47,401 bases of DNA from a virus (Duplodnaviria; Caudoviricetes): IMG/VR virus record IMGVR_UViG_3300049189_000021, positions 1 through 47,401 of that record; one strand, 5' to 3'. Under the pieces are notes generated by a model. It saw nothing but the letters and a program-made list of their open reading frames with translations. It did not search any database and was not told the DNA's origin. Positions 43,614 to 47,401 of this stretch are shown here, piece after piece (within the stretch, counting starts at the first letter, position 1; the number at the start of each line of letters is the position of its first letter). Both the position numbers and the translations under genes were made by a program.

Positions 43614-43768
43614 AATGGACCACCTACATGGTGTCTAAACGCTGCCTGTACACAAGGCTTAGCCTCACAGAAGTATGGATCATGACCAGGATCTTCATCC
43701 TTTGTTAGGTTAAAGAAGTCTTCACAATAAGCACACTGTATGACAATTAAATCATCGTCTTCATCCAT
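43610..43768 (-). CDS. 52-aa Cys-containing hypothetical protein
   Basis: Below ORF-track cutoff; fills the gap with stop/start overlaps at both ends; CAYC...FC...C. Confidence 0.6.
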   Translation of the reverse strand: MDEDDDLIVIQCAYCEDFFNLTKDEDPGHDPYFCEAKPCVQAAFRHHVGGPF

Positions 43769-44019
43769 TACTTTTTCTTCCTCCTTGTCTTGGTACGTGG
43801 TGCTGGGCGGCTGGCTTCCTTCTTAGCACGATCAGCTTTAAGGCGGGTGATACGATAGCAGTCCTTACAGTTACGACGGTATTTAGTTTCGCCCTCACCA
43901 TCTACACCATCTTTGTAGAACTCAGTAACAGGTTTACGTTCCAAGCAACCACCGCAGGTGCGCTGTGTCTTGTCATCAGCAGCGAACGGACTTGCTGGTA
44001 AAATATCATTTAGCGTCAT
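43768..44019 (-). CDS. Stand-alone Zn finger similar to the N-terminus of the HNH nuclease
   Basis: CGGCLERKPVTEFYKDG...YRRNCKDC versus CIACGVDKPLSEFPRNG...YRADCREC. Confidence 0.7.
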   Translation of the reverse strand: MTLNDILPASPFAADDKTQRTCGGCLERKPVTEFYKDGVDGEGETKYRRNCKDCYRITRLKADRAKKEASRPAPRTKTRRKKK

Positions 44020-44621
44020 TAGTTATTCACCTTTCCGAATATGCCGTGTACTTTGTCGTGCACATAAGCCTCAGAGCATTGGCTACAGACTGCGAAGTCA
44101 TCTTGAATGTAATCATTACTCCCACACGTTAAGCAGGCGAAGTAAGGAATGTATTCACCATTGGTTGTTTCATCCGAGTAATAGAATCGTCTACAACCTG
44201 TGCAAACGATATGATTCCAGCTAGTTTTTTCGGTGTCAAGTACGAACACCTTGCAACCGCATCCACAGACTAAATCATTGTTCCTCTCTTCGTTAACCAG
44301 GACGTCATCCAACTGTAGGTTGATGGACTGTGCTATTGACAGAGTAGTTAGTTCATCCAGGGTTTCTGTGACGCCGCTAGTTAGAGTAGTTAACCATCCA
44401 TGCATTGCCGGCAAGTGTCGTGATATGTAAACCTCTAAGGTGTCGGACACTGCTTGCTTATCTGGGAACTTAGTGTTACTTAAAAGCACGCCTAGCAAGT
44501 TGGCACTCACAGCCATGTAGTCGTCTGTCATGACGAACTGTGAGAAGTTACAATTGTTGCAGTACAGGTGGGAGCCCGATTGCTCGAGCTTCCCTGTATG
44601 ACATACCAAACATTTTGTCAT
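44019..44621 (-). CDS. Cys-rich hypothetical protein
   Basis: Several CxxC pairs; coupled to thyA. Confidence 0.7.
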   Translation of the reverse strand: MTKCLVCHTGKLEQSGSHLYCNNCNFSQFVMTDDYMAVSANLLGVLLSNTKFPDKQAVSDTLEVYISRHLPAMHGWLTTLTSGVTETLDELTTLSIAQSINLQLDDVLVNEERNNDLVCGCGCKVFVLDTEKTSWNHIVCTGCRRFYYSDETTNGEYIPYFACLTCGSNDYIQDDFAVCSQCSEAYVHDKVHGIFGKVNN

Positions 44622-45472
44622 TTAGAAATGTCTCCTTTGATTCCTGGTTGTGGATAATAATCGAATAGTGCAAAGTCACTGATTACGAAGTCATCGATGG
44701 ATGTGATATCGCGGTTATGTCTGTTGACATTGAGTGTAGGTAGAACACTTGGCTCTCTTTTCAGCTGCTGCTTAACTTGCTCGATGTGGTTCAAATAGAT
44801 ATGAGTGTCACCGAAGTCCATTGTGAGCCATCCTGCTTTAAGATTAGTTACATGGCCGATCATATGCACCAAAGTAGCATACGAAGCAATATCGAAAGGC
44901 ATACCAAGGAACACATCTACAGACCTCATGATAACCTTGCAATCAAGATGCGTACCGTTACGTACATAGAACTGAAAAGCATAGTGGCATGGAGGAAGAG
45001 CCATATCAGCAAGTTCTGATGGATTCCAAGCTGTGACCAGTAGCCGACGACTTGTTGGGGTATTATTGATCGCATGGATAACACCTGCTAACTGATCAAT
45101 ACCGTCTGGATTACCTATACCGTCGTGCCTGTGTACTAAATGCTCTGCACCAGTCCATGTAAACCGTGGCCAGTTGCGCCATTGCACACCATAGATGGGG
45201 CCAACGTCACCATCAGTTTTTGCCCACTCATCCCAGATGTGTACATTCTGATCCCATAGTTCCTGGATGTTATCAGATCCTCTGAGGAACATGATGAGCT
45301 CAGCCCATACACCCTTCATGAAGACACGTTTTGTAGTTAGTGCTGGGAAGCCGTTACCCAGGTTGAATTTCAAACGGGTGTCAAATATTGATAGTGTTCC
45401 TGTACCGGTGCGGTCCATGCGTTTTTCACCATGGTGTAGTACGTAACGCATTAGATCTAAATAGCTTTGCAT
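44618..45472 (-). CDS. thyA: Thymidylate synthase
   Basis: DRTGTGT, FP.LTTK, IWDEW, GPIYG.QWR, SRR, MALPPCH, RSVD.FLG.PF, GDTHIYLNH; start at the TAATG overlap. Confidence 0.97.
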   Translation of the reverse strand: MQSYLDLMRYVLHHGEKRMDRTGTGTLSIFDTRLKFNLGNGFPALTTKRVFMKGVWAELIMFLRGSDNIQELWDQNVHIWDEWAKTDGDVGPIYGVQWRNWPRFTWTGAEHLVHRHDGIGNPDGIDQLAGVIHAINNTPTSRRLLVTAWNPSELADMALPPCHYAFQFYVRNGTHLDCKVIMRSVDVFLGMPFDIASYATLVHMIGHVTNLKAGWLTMDFGDTHIYLNHIEQVKQQLKREPSVLPTLNVNRHNRDITSIDDFVISDFALFDYYPQPGIKGDISK

Positions 45473-46623
45473 TAATGACTCATCCCTTCTATGATAGATC
45501 TCAATTCGTGTAGGGCTCTTTTGGATAAACTTTGCTGGTGCTCTGTGATCCATAACCGAAGTCTATCCTTGCTCGACATTTCAACTACAGCCGGTATTTC
45601 TACACGTTCATACCGAGGGCTGGTCTTAAGTACTTCTTGATGGGCTGCTGGGACCATGACGGCTAGCTTACCAGCGTCCTGAGCCTTGCCTAGTTCCTCT
45701 TGTGTTGATACCGGTACAGCGTCTTCACCGTGTTCCATGATGAAATTATCTACAGCAGTGTTGGCAATCGTTATAACAGAAGCACTACTGCTATATAAAG
45801 TCTGTGAGAAGTTAGCTAGATATTCAACATCACCCGCACCTTGAGCCGATAATACAGCGGCAGCTGGATCAGATGTTGATGCCCACATGCTTGATGCTTT
45901 CCATCTTAGCTCGAAAGGTTGTGCCATTTTACGATCTCTATCGAGCTTCAACTCTTTAGGCTTGAAATCATAGCCGCATGTATACTGATCATAGTCGCAT
46001 ACGTACAGCCCATTGACGAATACTTTCTTAGCAAACCGCTCATCCTTTAGAATCCTACCTTGCGAGGTTACTGTTAGTTCGCCAAGGTCACCCTGTAGAT
46101 GCAGGTTGGATGCTACAATAGACTCGTATTCCTCTGCTGTAATGTCCTCGACTTCAATCGTGAGATTGTTATCAGGCACTTTTTGCCATACATATTTCTT
46201 GTCAATCTCAAACTCAAGGATACGACCGCCGTACTTCCTGGACTGTTTAAAGCGTGTAGTCCATACTTCTCGTGCACCGTAATTATAGAACGTAACATTT
46301 TTGCCGTTCCGCAGTAGCACCAGTACAGCAACCTTATAGCCTTCACCGAACTGGCCTATAGTGTTAGGGTCATCCGCCTTACTAGAGGAACCTAGTAACA
46401 GCGTCTTAGCCTGTAAAACAGACTGCTTGTTACCGATTCGAAGTGTGCCTGGTGGTTGTACCATGAAGCTATCATTTGTTAATTGCTCAAATTCGAAGAA
46501 CATGTCATTGTCTTCTACTGTAGTTTGCTGGTCAAGAGCGTTCTGGAAGAGCTCTCGTACTGCATCTACAATGGTCCAGGATGGTACATAGTCTGGGGAT
46601 AAGCTTAATTCGAACTTTGCCAT
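45472..46623 (-). CDS. GHKL (Hsp90-like) ATPase domain protein
   Basis: AVRELFQNALD (N box), LLLG.SSK, IGQFGEGYK (G2 box); AGGAGG SD before ATG 46623. Confidence 0.8.
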   Translation of the reverse strand: MAKFELSLSPDYVPSWTIVDAVRELFQNALDQQTTVEDNDMFFEFEQLTNDSFMVQPPGTLRIGNKQSVLQAKTLLLGSSSKADDPNTIGQFGEGYKVAVLVLLRNGKNVTFYNYGAREVWTTRFKQSRKYGGRILEFEIDKKYVWQKVPDNNLTIEVEDITAEEYESIVASNLHLQGDLGELTVTSQGRILKDERFAKKVFVNGLYVCDYDQYTCGYDFKPKELKLDRDRKMAQPFELRWKASSMWASTSDPAAAVLSAQGAGDVEYLANFSQTLYSSSASVITIANTAVDNFIMEHGEDAVPVSTQEELGKAQDAGKLAVMVPAAHQEVLKTSPRYERVEIPAVVEMSSKDRLRLWITEHQQSLSKRALHELRSIIEGMSH

Positions 46624-46634
46624 TTGATTACCTC

Positions 46635-46805
46635 CTAATTTGGATTGCTTCCCCATGCTTGCCAAGTACCTGTTTCTTCATCAACCAATGCAATATAGGT
46701 ACCAGCAGCCTCTTCTCTTATGCTGATATAGACACCAGTGATCTGTAGTAGATCAATCAGTTGCTGTTGTACTTCATTAAGTTTCTTACGAGCCGGTGTT
46801 GTCAT
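46635..46805 (-). CDS. Hypothetical protein
   Basis: GAGGGGG SD before ATG 46805. Confidence 0.55.
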   Translation of the reverse strand: MTTPARKKLNEVQQQLIDLLQITGVYISIREEAAGTYIALVDEETGTWQAWGSNPN

Positions 46806-47022
46806 GTTTATCCCCCTCAATTTTTGCACAGATTTCATGTTGCCATTCATTGTCATTGGTCATGTGCGCTGCTAGAGACAGGTTACGTAGGATGATCTTC
46901 TTCCAACAATGATCAAGATTGAGTTGCATGCAATGATCTAACTCTACCAATTCATCGGCACGTATCGTACCATGCTTGCGCTTCTGGTATAACTCGGCCA
47001 TCCTCATGTAAACCTGCTCCAT
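46786..47022 (-). CDS. Hypothetical protein of Bacillales phage type
   Basis: RMAEL...NLSL.A..TND.EW.HEICA motif; AAGGAG SD. Confidence 0.65.
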   Translation of the reverse strand: MEQVYMRMAELYQKRKHGTIRADELVELDHCMQLNLDHCWKKIILRNLSLAAHMTNDNEWQHEICAKIEGDKHDNTGS

Positions 47023-47034
47023 AGCACACACTCC

Positions 47035-47400
47035 TTATGCTAGTATACTAGCGATATATGATTGCGTAAACTGAGGTCTGTTGTCCAACGTCCACTCTTT
47101 ACCAGTATATTTATCCTCTGGCTTAGACTTTGCATTGAGTTCAAGAATCGTTTGGGCCTTAGCATCGATGCCATCAGCTGCACTAATGATGTGCGCTTCC
47201 AAGAACTTAGGGGTCATTGGGGAGCCGTATTCCATTTTGCCGTGGTGTGAAGTGATGACGTGTTGCAGAAGATCAAGTGTTAAGGAGTTTTCTGTGGTGC
47301 GGTACTTCTCCAGCTTAAGCACTCCAAGCACGATATGTTCAAATAGGTTACCGTCATCAGTCATGTCAATGACCGCATCTGCAAGAGTGTAGGACCAAAG
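47035..47400 (-). CDS. yhaM: YhaM/Cbf1-like HD-domain nuclease, C-terminal part (truncated by window edge)
   Basis: T..G.L..HI, LLQH.I.SHHG..EYGSP..P...EA.I...AD.IDAK; frame open to the edge. Confidence 0.8.
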   Translation of the reverse strand, partial: LWSYTLADAVIDMTDDGNLFEHIVLGVLKLEKYRTTENSLTLDLLQHVITSHHGKMEYGSPMTPKFLEAHIISAADGIDAKAQTILELNAKSKPEDKYTGKEWTLDNRPQFTQSYIASILA

Positions 47401-47401
47401 T

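Noticed and set aside
45473-45553. 27-aa N-terminal extension of ThyA in the ORF track
   Set aside because: Overlaps the upstream gene; TAATG coupling at 45472 gives the canonical ThyA start.
1-47401. tRNA genes, integrase/repressor module, introns or inteins
   Set aside because: No cloverleaf, recombinase motif or interrupted core gene recognised by eye; tRNAscan and HMM searches were not run.

Overview
The window is part of a lytic-looking tailed (siphovirus-type) phage genome, most likely of an endospore-forming Bacillota host such as Paenibacillus (host inferred from YyaC, DUF3973-like and copper-amine-oxidase-N-like domains and a SigF/G-like sigma factor). From left to right: (i) 1-5.8 kb, minus strand: DNA ligase (partial), sigma factor, VRR-NUC nuclease, AbrB-like protein, SNF2 helicase, a candidate structured RNA, YyaC-like spore protease and a 3D-domain protein. 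(ii) 6.0-32.6 kb, minus strand: a complete late operon (terminase, HNH, portal, split prohead protease/scaffold, capsid, head-tail, tail, tape measure, tail fibre, S8 protease, lysis). It is bracketed by a ~109-bp imperfect inverted repeat and carries a duplicated propeller-hydrolase + 220-aa two-gene cassette, once among head genes and once among tail genes. (iii) 33.1-40.3 kb: an SPO1-like early/host-takeover island of small genes with repeated strong sigmaA-type promoters, two Fur-box-like sites, a recurrent TGATCTACCAGTT motif, stop-codon-in-loop hairpins and a paralogous helical-repeat protein family. (iv) 40.3-40.8 kb: an AT-rich iteron/palindrome element, with a second copy at 4.2-4.4 kb. 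(v) 40.8-47.4 kb: Zn-finger proteins, ThyA, a GHKL ATPase and a YhaM-like HD protein (partial). No integrase, tRNA, CRISPR array or reverse transcriptase was seen. All family calls are by motif recognition and all counts are by hand; no database search was run.
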